Source of the DNA: Octopus sinensis
Lineage: Eukaryota
Assembly: GCF_006345805.1 (NCBI RefSeq)
Contig: NC_043005.1
Coordinates: 84,258,001 to 84,322,000 of the forward strand
Direction of reading: 5' to 3'
DNA length: 64,000 nucleotides
Both the position numbers and the translations under genes were made by a program. This document shows positions 49,818 to 60,869 of this stretch, piece by piece; positions within the stretch are counted from its first letter, which is position 1, and each line of letters opens with the position of its first letter. Under the pieces are notes generated by a model. That model did not search any database, was not told where the DNA came from, and worked only from the letters and a program-made list of their open reading frames with translations.

Positions 49818-50280
49818 GGAGAGTATTTAAGCAATACACTTGGTTTGACTTCTCTAATTGGCAAACGAGTATGTTTATTTAATTGTGTGTGTGTGTATGA
49901 GAGCATGTATGTGTGTGTGTGTCTGTATGTGTGTGTGTATGTATGTATGTATGTGTGTGTATGTATGTATGTGTGTGTGTATGTATGTGTGTGTGTGTAT
50001 GTATGAAGGTGTATGTGTGAATATGAATGTATGTGTGCATGCATTTATGAGAGTGTATATATGCATGTATACACACGTGAATGTGTGTGCATGAGTATAT
50101 GTATGTGCGTGTGTATGCAAGTGTGTATATGTGTATATGATTGAATCTGAGCATGTGTATGTGGGTGTATGTGTGTGTGTATATGCGTTAATGTGCATGT
50201 GTATAAGTATGTGTATGTACATGTGTGTATGAGTGTGCGTTTATGTGTGTGTGTGTGTGTTTGCATATGTGTGTGTTGTG
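49750..50280. repeat. Compound (TG)/(TATG) microsatellite
   Basis: Direct reading. Confidence 0.95.
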
Positions 50281-50944
50281 GTGTCATGTTAGGAACAGTC
50301 AGACAAACAGACAGAGAGGGAGAAAGATATGAAAAACTAACACAATGAAATTAATAGCTGGGTAGGTATACAGAAAGAAAGACAGGCACCCGTCCACCTA
50401 GGGAGGTACACAACTAACTAGCGCACCTGATGAATAGGAAGGTTGTTAAGAAGGAAAAAAAAGCCATCTATGGATGTCAGAGTTATGTCCCCTCCCTTTG
50501 ATAAAATTTATCATTAGCATTAATGAGTTTCATTTAAATATCAAGTGTATATCCATTTAACTTTGAGTTCACCGTGTTAAGTATGTTAATCCCCACTTAA
50601 CTATGTACTGTCTTTGCAAATGGCATACCTGGGAAAACTTTTGCATGTTATAACTGAAATTCGTTAATCTATGAATGTCTTTTGGTTTTACTGGAATCCT
50701 ATGTATTTTGACAATCATGCTAATGTCTTGTAGGTATGAGTAAGATTATGCTGTGCTGAAGAAGTCTAATAAAAAGGGAACATGCCTTGAGTTGTCACTA
50801 TATTTACCAAAGGTTAGGCAGACACCATTCTATTTTCAATCAATTTGAATTTCTGTTTTCTCCATTGCTGTTGATGATCATTTTCATTAATATTAATGAT
50901 TGATTTTTCTCATTACAGTTGTGATTTTAATTAGTCCTTTACTC

Positions 50945-51140
50945 ACTTTTATTTTTTACTTGTTCCAGTAATTTGAATGTGGCCATACTGGGGCCATGCC
51001 TAAAAGAGTTTCAAATGAACATGTCAGTCCAAATGCATATTTGGCACTCACTTTTATTGGTCTCTTTCTGTTGAACCACAAAGTCATAGGGATGTAAACA
51101 AACCTACAATGGTTGTCAGGCGGTGCACTGGAGAAACACA
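50945..51140 (-). mobile_element. SINE family A, 3' half
   Basis: ttttacttgttccag..gtggccatactgggg. Confidence 0.75.
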
Positions 51141-51175
51141 GAGAGAGACACACACAAACACACAAATATATATTG

Positions 51176-51597
51176 TAGGTGCAGGTGTGACAGTGTGATA
51201 AGAAGTTTGCTTTCCAACCACATGGTTCTGGGTTCAGTCCCACTGTCTGGCACCTTGGGCAAGTGTCTTCTACTACAGGATCAGGCCAATCAAAGCCTTG
51301 TGAATGGATTTAGTAAATGGAAACTGAAAGAAGCCTGTTATATATATATGTGTGTGGGGGTGCATATTAGTATGTGTGTGTGTGTGTGTGTGTGTGTGCA
51401 TGTGTGCATTTGTGTTTGCTCCCCCACCCACCATTTGATGTAAACATGCAAACTGTCCCCGTAAATTAGCAGTTTGGCAAAGGGGCCAGACTTTAAAAAA
51501 ATAGGTCCTGGAGTTTATTCATTCAACTAAAGACTCTTCAAAGCAGTGCCCCAGCATGGCCACAGTATAATGACTGAAATGAGTAAAAGGAAAAAGA
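51176..51597 (+). mobile_element. SINE family A, full length
   Basis: gtaggtgcagg..gactgaaatgagtaaaagg. Confidence 0.9.
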
Positions 51598-51873
51598 TAT
51601 ACAGAAACACACACACATTTCACATACATACATATACATGTGCATACATATGTACATTCATACATACATGCATACATACAAACATACATACATACATACA
51701 TACATACATACATACAAACATACATACATACATACATACATGCATACATACATACATGCATACATATATACATATAGAGAGAGAGATAAGAAGAGAGACA
51801 AAAAGATAAATAGAAAAGATAAATAGAGAGAAAGAGAAAGTGGTAACTGAAGTTAATAGATAGGGAGATATAA

Positions 51874-51919
<46 letters not shown>

Positions 51920-52296
51920 CATCATTACAAGAAGAACAAGTGCAATGTGTAAGAAAGTGGGAAAGATGAAGAGAAAGACAGACACACACATACACACACA
52001 CATATACACAGACCTTGTTGCATTGTGAAAGGGAGGGTTTTAGATTCCCCTTATGCCATAAGGCAAGAACATCTGTTCACTGCCCTCCAGGGTTCCTTCA
52101 GTTATATTTAACACATTACGGGGCAGAAAACAACGTCTGCTGGGGATTCACTTTTCACTTTTTCCAGAATAGGAAGGAGACTTTAATTTCATTGGTTAAA
52201 CTAAGACATAATCGGGGACATGAAATTTAAAGGTGAAGTTCGTTATTGTGGGAAACTTTTCTTAATATCTACCATATTGGGTCAGGCAGGGAACTG

Positions 52297-52500
52297 GTGG
52301 AATCGCTCGCACATCAAGCAGAATTTTTGATGGTATTTCTTCCATCTTTACATTCTGAGTTCAAATTCCACTGTGGTTGACTTTGCCTTTCATCTTTTTG
52401 GAGTTGATAAAATAAGTACCATTTGAGAACTGGCGGGGGTCAATCTAATCAATTTAGCCCCTTCTCTAAAATTTCTGGCTTGTGCTAAAATTTGAAACCA
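52297..52500 (+). mobile_element. SINE family B (tail type 2)
   Basis: ctgagttcaaattccac..ggcttgtgctaaaatttgaaacc. Confidence 0.82.
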
Positions 52501-52563
52501 AAATATATCATGGCTGTGAGCTGTTTTCTTTAACCAGGAGCCAAAACTTTTAATTCTTTGAGG

Positions 52564-52610
<47 letters not shown>

Positions 52611-52614
52611 AAAT

Positions 52615-52925
52615 AAATCAGGGAAAGATTGGAAGGAGAGAGAGAAGGGGTCAGGCTCAGCTCAGGTCACAAAGAGCCCAAGACAGAGAGAGAGAGAGAG
52701 AGAGTGAGAGAGAGAAAGAAAGAAATCAGGGAGAGATTGAAGGAGAGAGAGAAGGGGCCAGGCTCAGCTCAGGTCACAAAGAGCCCAAGACAGAGAGGGG
52801 GGAGAGAGGGGAGAGAGAGAGAGAAATCGGGGAGAAGCAGAGAGAGAATGGAGGGAGAGAGAGAGGGGGACAAGCTCAGTTCAGGTCATAAAGAGCCCAA
52901 GAGAGAGAGAAAGAGAAAGAGAGAA
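52615..52925 (+). repeat. GA-rich minisatellite, 3 units of ~105-110 bp
   Basis: Core gctcagctcaggtcacaaagagcccaaga three times; unit starts aaatc(a/g)ggg at about 52615, 52723, 52824. Confidence 0.9.
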
Positions 52926-52947
52926 ATTCGCATAAACACAAATATAT

Positions 52948-53414
52948 ACTGGCAGAATCATTAGCATGGTGGGCACAATGCTTGGTGGTATTTTGTCTGT
53001 CCTTATGTTCTGAGTTCAAATTTGGATGAAGTCAACTTCGCCTTTCATCCTTTTTTTTATTATTTCTTTATTGCCCACAGGGGGCTAAACATAGAGGGGA
53101 CAAACAAGGACAGACAAAGGGATTAAGTTGATTACATCGACCCCAGTGTATAACTGGTACTTATTTAATCAACCCCGAAAGGATGAAAGGCAAAGCCAAC
53201 CTAGGCGAAATTTGAACTCAGAATATAACGGCAGATGAAATACCACTAAGCATTTCGTCCAGCAAGCTAACATTTCTGCCAGCTCCCTGCCCATCTCCCA
53301 GCTTGCTGCCCTTTCATCCTTTTGGGGCCAATAAAATAAATAGCAGTTTAACATTGAGGTCAATGTACTCAACTTACCTGTTCCCCCAAAACTGCTGGCC
53401 TTGTGCCAAAATTT
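52948..53414 (+). mobile_element. SINE family B (tail type 2) host copy, split by another B
   Basis: 5' half to about 53055; 3' half resumes at about 53300; cctttcatcctttt is duplicated. Confidence 0.85.
53056..53290 (-). mobile_element. SINE family B (tail type 1), nested
   Basis: tttctttattgcccacagggggctaaac..ctgccagctccc. Confidence 0.92.
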
Positions 53415-53429
53415 AAAAGTAATATATAT

Positions 53430-53581
53430 CATCATTATTTACATTATTTACATTTGACGGATATTTGTCCTCATCTTGTTTGTTGCTAACACAATGTTTC
53501 GGCTGATATACCCTCCAGCCTTCATCAGGTGTCTTTGGGAAATTTCGAACCTGGATTCTCATTCCTAAGGTTTTTTTTATG

Positions 53582-53636
<55 letters not shown>

Positions 53637-53705
53637 AATCACTGCCTGGAATCGAACTCAGAATCTTGGGGTTAGTAGCCTGTGCTCTTAACCACTACAC
53701 CATGG
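53430..53705 (-). mobile_element. tRNA-headed SINE-like element with an (AAT)n spacer and hammerhead motif
   Basis: Head tggtgtagtgg..gagttcgattcc (A/B boxes), (AAT)n, then gacac-CTGATGA-a-GGCTG-gagggtatat-CAGCC-GAAAC-att|gtgtt at 53488-53533. Confidence 0.8.
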
Positions 53706-53800
53706 GCATATGGCATAGTGGCTACCAACAAACAAGTTGAGAACAAATATCCGTCAAATGTAAATAATGTATATAATTCCTCATCCCTTAAATATAGGAC
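53705..53800 (+). mobile_element. Internally deleted second copy of the tRNA-hammerhead element, head-to-head
   Basis: ggcatatggcatagtgg head remnant joined to caacaaacaag..aaatatccgtcaaatgtaaataatgta (identical motif reversed at 53436-53485). Confidence 0.72.
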
Positions 53801-53849
53801 TGTGATATATATCATGTTGGTGACTGAAAAGACAATTTACTCTTGGAAC

Positions 53850-54060
53850 ATTTATTTGTCTTGGAGAACATACTGGAAGAAATGTTTAGCGGCATTTCAT
53901 CACTCTTTTATGTTCTGAGCTCAAATTTTGGTAAGGTCAGCATTGCCTTGCATTCTTTCATTGTTGATAAAATAAAGAACTGGTTGAGTGCTGGGAGTCG
54001 ATGTAATTGCCTAACCCTCTACCCCTAAATTTCAGGTCTTACACCTATAGTTGAAAGGAT
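53850..54060 (+). mobile_element. SINE family B (tail type 2), diverged
   Basis: ttctgagctcaaattttgg..cctatagttgaaagg. Confidence 0.75.
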
Positions 54061-54159
54061 GTTTTTTTTTTCCCCTGTATTAGGTTCCATAAGTATTGTG
54101 ATAATGAAGTGGAGTTTGGTTCTAAGCAGGGTTCTGATGCTGTTAATGAATAAATCTCA

Positions 54160-54710
54160 AAGAATGAAAGGCAAAGTCGACCTCAGTGGAATTTGAACTC
54201 AGAAAGTAGAGAGTTGGATGAAATGCTGCTAAGCATTTTGTCCAATACGGCCATGATCCAGCCTGTCTGCAGCTTTAATAATGATAATTCTTTCTACTAT
54301 AGGCATTGGGCCTGAAATTTTGCGGGAAATGCTCTAGTCAATTACATTGACCCCAGGACTCAACTGATATATATTTTCATCAACCCTGAAAGGATGGAAG
54401 GAAAAGTCAACCTTGGCAGCATTTTGTCCAAAGCGCTAACAGTTCTGCCATGATGATGATGATAATGACGACGACGATGATGATGATGATAATAATAATG
54501 ATAATAATAATGGTTTCAAATTTTGGCACAAGGCCAGCAATCTCAGGGAAGGCAGTGAGTTAATTATATCAACCCCTCCCCTTCCCACAGTGCTCCACTG
54601 GCACTTATTTTATCAACCCCCAACAGGATGAAAGGCAAAGTTAACCTCGGCATAATTTGAACCCAGAATGTCACTAAGCATTTTGTCCAATGTATTGATG
54701 ATTCTGGCAG
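54160..54710 (-). mobile_element. Cluster of three SINE family B copies or fragments
   Basis: gaaaggcaaagtcgacc / ggaaaagtcaacc / gaaaggcaaagttaacc at about 54165, 54395, 54630. Confidence 0.82.
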
Positions 54711-54712
54711 CC

Positions 54713-54772
<60 letters not shown>

Positions 54773-55173
54773 AGCAAATTTTAGAAATGTGAGCAAAATT
54801 ACTTTCATTTCATAAGGATGTATTTCAAATATATACATACATACATACATACATATATATACATATATATATATATATGTATATGTATATACGAGAGAGA
54901 GAATGTCAAGGATTTCCATATGAAATATTGACTTTGATATCTCAAAGTTTTAATGAGAAACGCACCTATTCAGAGAAAATAATCAATCAAATGACATATG
55001 TATATAGATCTAGAAAGTTCTATTAGGAATATGTAGTGAAAAAAAAAAAGTGTAAAAAAGACGGAGATTGCGGAATGAATCTTAAATATTCTGTTGGAAT
55101 AGAAGACACGAGGAAAATCAATTAGTTTAAAATATGAATTAGCTTTGTGAATAAAAATGTTTTTACTGCATTA

Positions 55174-55207
<34 letters not shown>

Positions 55208-55489
55208 GTTTATCATTAATAATCTTTGAACAGAATGAACGTGCTATTTCGTGATGAAGATGATATGTATGTGTACGTGTGTGTGCATGTGTATATATGT
55301 GTGTCTGTGTGTGTATATGTATATATATAAGGCATGTGTGTGTTTATATACATATACACATTCATTCATACATATATGTATGCTTGTATGTAGTGAGTGC
55401 ACATGTATTTAAATATACGTGTATATACCTGTGCATGCATGAGTGTGTAGAAATATGTGTATTTATCAGTGTACTTGTGTTTTGTGTAT

Positions 55490-55738
55490 ATAAATGTATG
55501 TGTATGTATATATATATATACATATGTATATATACATATACATATATATATATATGCATATATATATCTATCTTTCTAATTTTCTATTTTTCTCTCAGTT
55601 TTATATATATATATATATATATGTATGTACACACCTTTCTCCCTATCTTCCTTTACCTTTGCTATATATGTGTATATATCTATATATATATATATATCAG
55701 TATGTGTATTTCTCTGTGTACATATGTATGTGTGTGTG

Positions 55739-55796
<58 letters not shown>

Positions 55797-55800
55797 CAGT
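55490..55800. repeat. Compound (TA)/(TG) microsatellite
   Basis: Direct reading. Confidence 0.92.
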
Positions 55801-55961
55801 ATGTATCTACTTATGCATAAGCAAGACACTGTCGTTATGTAGGTTCCCCCTTTGACGTAAGCAGCTATCTACAGGAACTCACAGCTCAGTGCAGCATTCA
55901 ATATATTTGAAGTGTTAAATACAAGGGAAAACAAACACATACACACATTATATATATATAA

Positions 55962-56015
<54 letters not shown>

Positions 56016-56562
56016 CGAGAGGTTGAGTGGAAGAGAAAAAATCGCAATGGAGAGAACATCGAAATGAGAGAGGCTGAGAGAGAGAGATAGAGAGATTTTC
56101 TTTCTGCTTCGCTATCAGAAAAGGAAAAGAAAAAATAGAATTCTCCATTTTGCACCCTACTTGTCAGTAATATTCAGCTGGCTGCATTATTAACAAAGTG
56201 TGTTTGAGTGAACATTTCTATGAAAACACAATGAGAGATTTGGAAAACATACAGTAACAGCAACAACAACATCACCATAAACACTTGAAGAAACACTTTG
56301 ATATTAAGTTGCGATGAAACTGTGGGGGGAGAAGGATTCCATTAGTTGAATCGGAATAAATTCTAGTATTGCATTGTGAACATTGGAGTATGTATATATA
56401 ATAGCCATATATGGAAAAGGTCAGGAACTCGGAGGTATTTCTTGAATACCTAACCATACAGGAATTATAAATTTGACAAGTGTGTGTATATTTGTGGGTG
56501 TATAAAGGTTATGTACATAGACGCACAGACAAATATATAAGTAAGTATACCTATCTGTGAAT

Positions 56563-56945
56563 GCACATGGCTAGATGGTTAGTGTATTGCACTCATGGTT
56601 GTTCGATTGTGGGTTCACGTCCTGGGCCAGGTGGTGTGTTGTGTTCTTGAGCTAAACACTTCATTTCATGTTACCCTAGTGCTGTGTGAGGACTGGTAAT
56701 GTCAAAGAACAGACCCGTTTCCTCTGTATGTTGTTGTAAAGGATGACTAAAAGGGGTTGAGGTTAGGGTTTACACTCTGACCTCGTAAAACTGTGACCAG
56801 CAACGACTACCCGAACAGACTCATCAGTTAGAAGGTTGTCACCTGAGTAGTGCAAGGGTGTCATCCACCCAGGTGTCAACCACCCAAGTGTAGGGAATCA
56901 CCAACTAGTAGTGGATGCAGTGATGTGCTGTTACAGTGCATGTCC
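56563..56945 (+). mobile_element. SINE with family-E head and a different 3' body
   Basis: tggctagatgg..gttgtgttcttgagctaaacacttcatttcatgtt, then diverges from the other E copies. Confidence 0.6.
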
Positions 56946-56949
56946 CTCA

Positions 56950-56989
<40 letters not shown>

Positions 56990-57012
56990 CCTACTGCTAC
57001 TACCACCACCAA

Positions 57013-57070
<58 letters not shown>

Positions 57071-57084
57071 GTATAAATATGTTA

Positions 57085-57360
57085 CCAGTGGCGCTGGACT
57101 GGCCCCTGTGCAGGTGGCATGTAAAAACACCATTTGTGCATGGCCATTGCCAGTACCGCCTGACTGGCCCTCGTGCCGGTGGGGCATAAAAGCACCCACT
57201 ACACTCACGGAGTGGTTGGCGTTAGGAAGGGCATCCAGCTGTAGAAACTCTGCCAGATCAAGATTGGAGCCTGGTGCAGCCATCTGGTTCACCAGTCTTC
57301 AGTCAAATCGTCCAACCCATGCTAGCATGGAAAGCAGACGTTAAACGATGATGATGATGA

Positions 57361-57362
<2 letters not shown>
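57085..57362 (+). mobile_element. SINE family C, young
   Basis: ..gctagcatggaaagcagacgttaaacgatgatgatgatgatga. Confidence 0.93.
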
Positions 57363-57415
<53 letters not shown>

Positions 57416-57419
<4 letters not shown>

Positions 57420-57534
57420 CCTGCTCGTTTAGCCTGCGGGGTGGCGTCATTTGAAGGCTAAAACAATGCGAACGCATTGTGACCAGCGATGTGTAACTAC
57501 ATCTGATGGACTGGTCGGTCACGTGATCACGTGA
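57416..57534. mobile_element. ~120-bp CpG-rich structured insertion inside (TA)n
   Basis: Flanked by (TA)n on both sides; perfect hairpin acaatgcg-aa-cgcattgt (57463-57480); terminal cacgtgat twice. Confidence 0.65.
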
Positions 57535-57829
57535 TATATATATATATATATATATGGGGTACTGGGGCCATATAAAAAGCACCCAATCCATTCTGTAAAG
57601 TGGTTAGCATTAGGAAGGGCATCCAGCCTTAAAATTCAAGCCAAAACAGACAGTGGAGCTTAGTAGAGTCCTCTGGCTGGCCAGTTCTTGTTAGAATGTT
57701 AGATGATAAAGATGTATGTGTGTGTGTGTGTGAATACTATTTTTAAAGAATAAATTTGTACTCCAGCAATCCTTCAGTTTAATGTTAAATTGTTTTTATT
57801 ATAACTGAACATAAAAATAAACGCACACA

Positions 57830-57863
<34 letters not shown>

Positions 57864-58291
57864 TTGTGTGTGTATCAGATTTGCAAGGCAACAGAGTATT
57901 TCTGAGGCATATACACGCTTAAATCAAAGAGCATGTGATTCAGCCGCACACTTGACCTGAGGACGTTCTGATGAGAATCTAAGACATGACTGTCCAACTG
58001 CAGCTTGTCATGAGCTCATACTTGTTCTCTCATTAACTTCAATTTTAACCTCACCCCTCACTACCTCCCACTGCAACCCAGCAATCGACGCAGCAAGACT
58101 TAAGTGTTGTTTTCATTGACAGACGTCGTGGAAGTACTACTAGAAAGTCACTCACCACACACACACACACACATATATATACGCATACAAACATGCATAT
58201 ATAAATACATGCATGCATAAAAATGTTTACAGGTCCATTATAGGTTGGATCAACAACAAAAAAACAAAATATTCCATCCAGTGAGAGTTAA

Positions 58292-58750
58292 ATATCATTT
58301 AATAGACACAACAGCAAAAAAGCATCTTATAGTTTCATGCCTTAAGACACATTAAATTGGCAGATTTATATGACAAGCCAATCTATCTCCAAGCAATCTT
58401 TCGAGTTCATAATGTTAAATGTATTTTTAAAAAAACCCCAGCACACTGGACTATGTGGAAACATGAGAAAAAAAGTGAGAAGAAAAAAATGCAGAGGAGG
58501 TTGATGTAAAAAGTGGAATGAGGAAAAGGAAAAGAAAAGTAAGAAAATCAAGATCTCTTTTTCCTTCTTGTTTTTTCTCCTGTTTTCTCAGAGTCCAGCA
58601 TCCTGGTTTTTAAATACATCGAATGTTATGAACTGAGCCTGAATGATTGCTTGGAGATTCATGGCATGTTGTAGAAATCTGCCAATTTAATGTACCTTAA
58701 GGCATGAAACTATAAGTAGCTCTTTAGTAATTGTGTGTATTAAATAATAT
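58292..58750. mobile_element. ~460-bp foldback element (arms ~200 bp)
   Basis: 58292-58490 is the imperfect reverse complement of 58552-58750, e.g. cttatagtttcatgccttaag..attaaattggcagattt vs aaatctgccaatttaat..cttaaggcatgaaactataag. Confidence 0.82.
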
Positions 58751-58794
58751 ACATCATAATCATTAACGTCCGTTTTCCATGCTAGCATGGGTTA

Positions 58795-59285
58795 TATTCT
58801 TTTATTTGTTACAGTCATTTGACTGTGGCCATGCTAGAGCACTGCCTTTAGTCGAGCAAATTGACCCCAGGACTTATTATTTGTAAGCCTAGTACTTATT
58901 CTATCGGTCTGTTTTGCCGAACTGCTAAGTTATGGGGATGTAAACATACCAGCATCAGTTGTCAAGCGATGGTGGAGGGGGACAAACACAGACACACAAA
59001 CATATACACACACATACATATATATATAAATAAAATAAATGCATTCTTCTAAAGCCTAGCCAGGCTCATGGGCCCGGTTTAAATGGCGTATGTGTGCCCC
59101 AGCTGGATGGGACGCCAGTCCATCGCAGCGTTACTCATTTTTGCCAGCTGAGTGGACTGGAGCAACGTGAAATGAAGTGTTTTGCTCAAGAACACAACGC
59201 ATCGCCTGGTCCAGGAATTGAAACCACAATCTTATGATCATGATGCTGATACCCTAACCACTAAGCCACGCACCACCACACACAT

Positions 59286-59318
<33 letters not shown>

Positions 59319-59466
59319 CAACGGGCTCCTTCCAGTTTCCATCTACCAAATCCACTCAGAAGGCTTTGGTCAGCCAGAAGCTATAGTAGAAGACACTTGC
59401 CCAAGATGCCACTCAGTGTGATTGGTCAGTAAGCAAGCTACTTACCACACAGCCACTCCTGTACCT
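58795..59466 (-). mobile_element. SINE family A split by a family E copy
   Basis: 3' half 58795-59010; 5' half 59320-59466 (ccacacagccactcctgtaccta). Confidence 0.88.
59040..59272 (-). mobile_element. SINE family E, nested in the central tract of A
   Basis: Reverse complement gcgtggcttagtggttagg..ggtttcaattcc..cttgagcaaaacacttcatttcacgttgctccagtccactcagc. Confidence 0.88.
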
Positions 59467-60869
59467 ATATATGTATAAAAATGTAAAATCACAAGCTATA
59501 AGAGGTGAATATATATTTATTTAACCACATACCCTCCATTGGGTTATGGGTGTTTCACCATCTTCTTTATGTAATGTTAATTTCAGGATGCAACAAATTA
59601 TGCATACAGGTTTGCATTAAAATGTGCACTCTGTATTATTATTCAATATATTTGTATATTCACAAACCAATGCAAATAAAGAAAGCTAGCTCATCAGATC
59701 ACTGGAACATTATGTATGATTACATCAACAGTTCAACTCTAAATATACATACAAAAATTCAATATTTATACACAAAGTATGGAGGGAAAGAATTGGACAA
59801 AATTACATTGATTTGGTCAGTAAATGGTAAACATCACAGTAAAGGCATTGAGTTGCTATTATTATAGAATAACCTTTTGTCACTTATGGACATTCTTATA
59901 TCAATCAAGTTAAAGTGCTAGGTGGAAATTAAGGAAGTCACCGTCCTTAAGTAAGCTAAATAATGAGAAGGAATAACAAGAGATAAAGTAGAAATAAAAT
60001 AATAAGAATATATAAAAATAAGGAAATAATACAAAAGGATTTTTTTATGGAAGATATTACACAAATGAGTAAGTGGTGGTGGTGGGACGAAAGAGCTGGT
60101 GACTTGAAGATTGTATGGAATTCATGGATGAATGCACGGAGAGAAAGAGGTTGAACTGATATCAAGCAATTGTGTTTCTGCTACAATAATCTTGTATATG
60201 AAGTCAACAAAGGTCACAAAGACATCAGAGAAAGCATTTGAACTTTCAAGAAGTTTACTCTCACATCAATCACACCTCCATATGCCTTTCAGCATATTAA
60301 TCTGGGGGTAAACAAGGTACATACACACACATACATAGAAACACATCTACAGAAGCATATATACAGATATAGATAAGTATAATAGACACATACACACACA
60401 GACACATACCTGTATACGGAGTGTGTCTCAGCGAGAGACTCCTGCAATGGTTCTGTTTAATTAGAAGAGACTGATGATGAATTTGCAATATTTATATTCA
60501 GACAAGGAGATGCAGGGAGGTGTATATAATGGTGTATAATGTATATTAATGGGTATATGGTGAATGGAAGAACTGGGAAAAGGAAGAAGAAGTGGAGGGA
60601 AGGGACAGGTGAGAAGAGAAAAATGGTAACAGGTAAGAAAGAAAGATTTATTAGAGAAAGAAGGAGGAGAAAGAAGAGGGGGAAAAAAGAAGACAGTGGA
60701 GAAGAAAAAGAAAGGAAATGAGGGGGATTAGAAGGAGGAGTAGGTAAAGGAGAAGGAAAAAGGAAGAAGTGGAGGGTGAGAAAAAGGAGGAATAGGTAAT
60801 AGGGAAGATGAAAAGGAAGAAGAAGAAATTTTTAAGATGGTAGGAATGTGATTTGAAGGCTGTTTGACA

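Noticed and set aside
50720-50820. Candidate exon (ctaat..ttgtag / aag-gttagg)
   Set aside because: Stops in all three frames; no independent support for a non-coding exon.
53640-53705. Possible tRNA gene
   Set aside because: A and B boxes are present, but no pairing acceptor stem is evident and it runs into (AAT)n and the ribozyme module; treated as a SINE head.
55830-56460. Possible promoter or first exon (TGACGTAA, GA tracts, retained CpGs)
   Set aside because: Short motifs only; not distinguishable from background without expression data.
734-57591. Dozens of ORFs rich in YI/HT/CV/LS dipeptides
   Set aside because: They are translations of (TA)n, (CA)n, (GA)n and tetranucleotide microsatellites, which lack stops in several frames.
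57960-58000. CTGATGAG in unique sequence
   Set aside because: No GAAA and no pairing.
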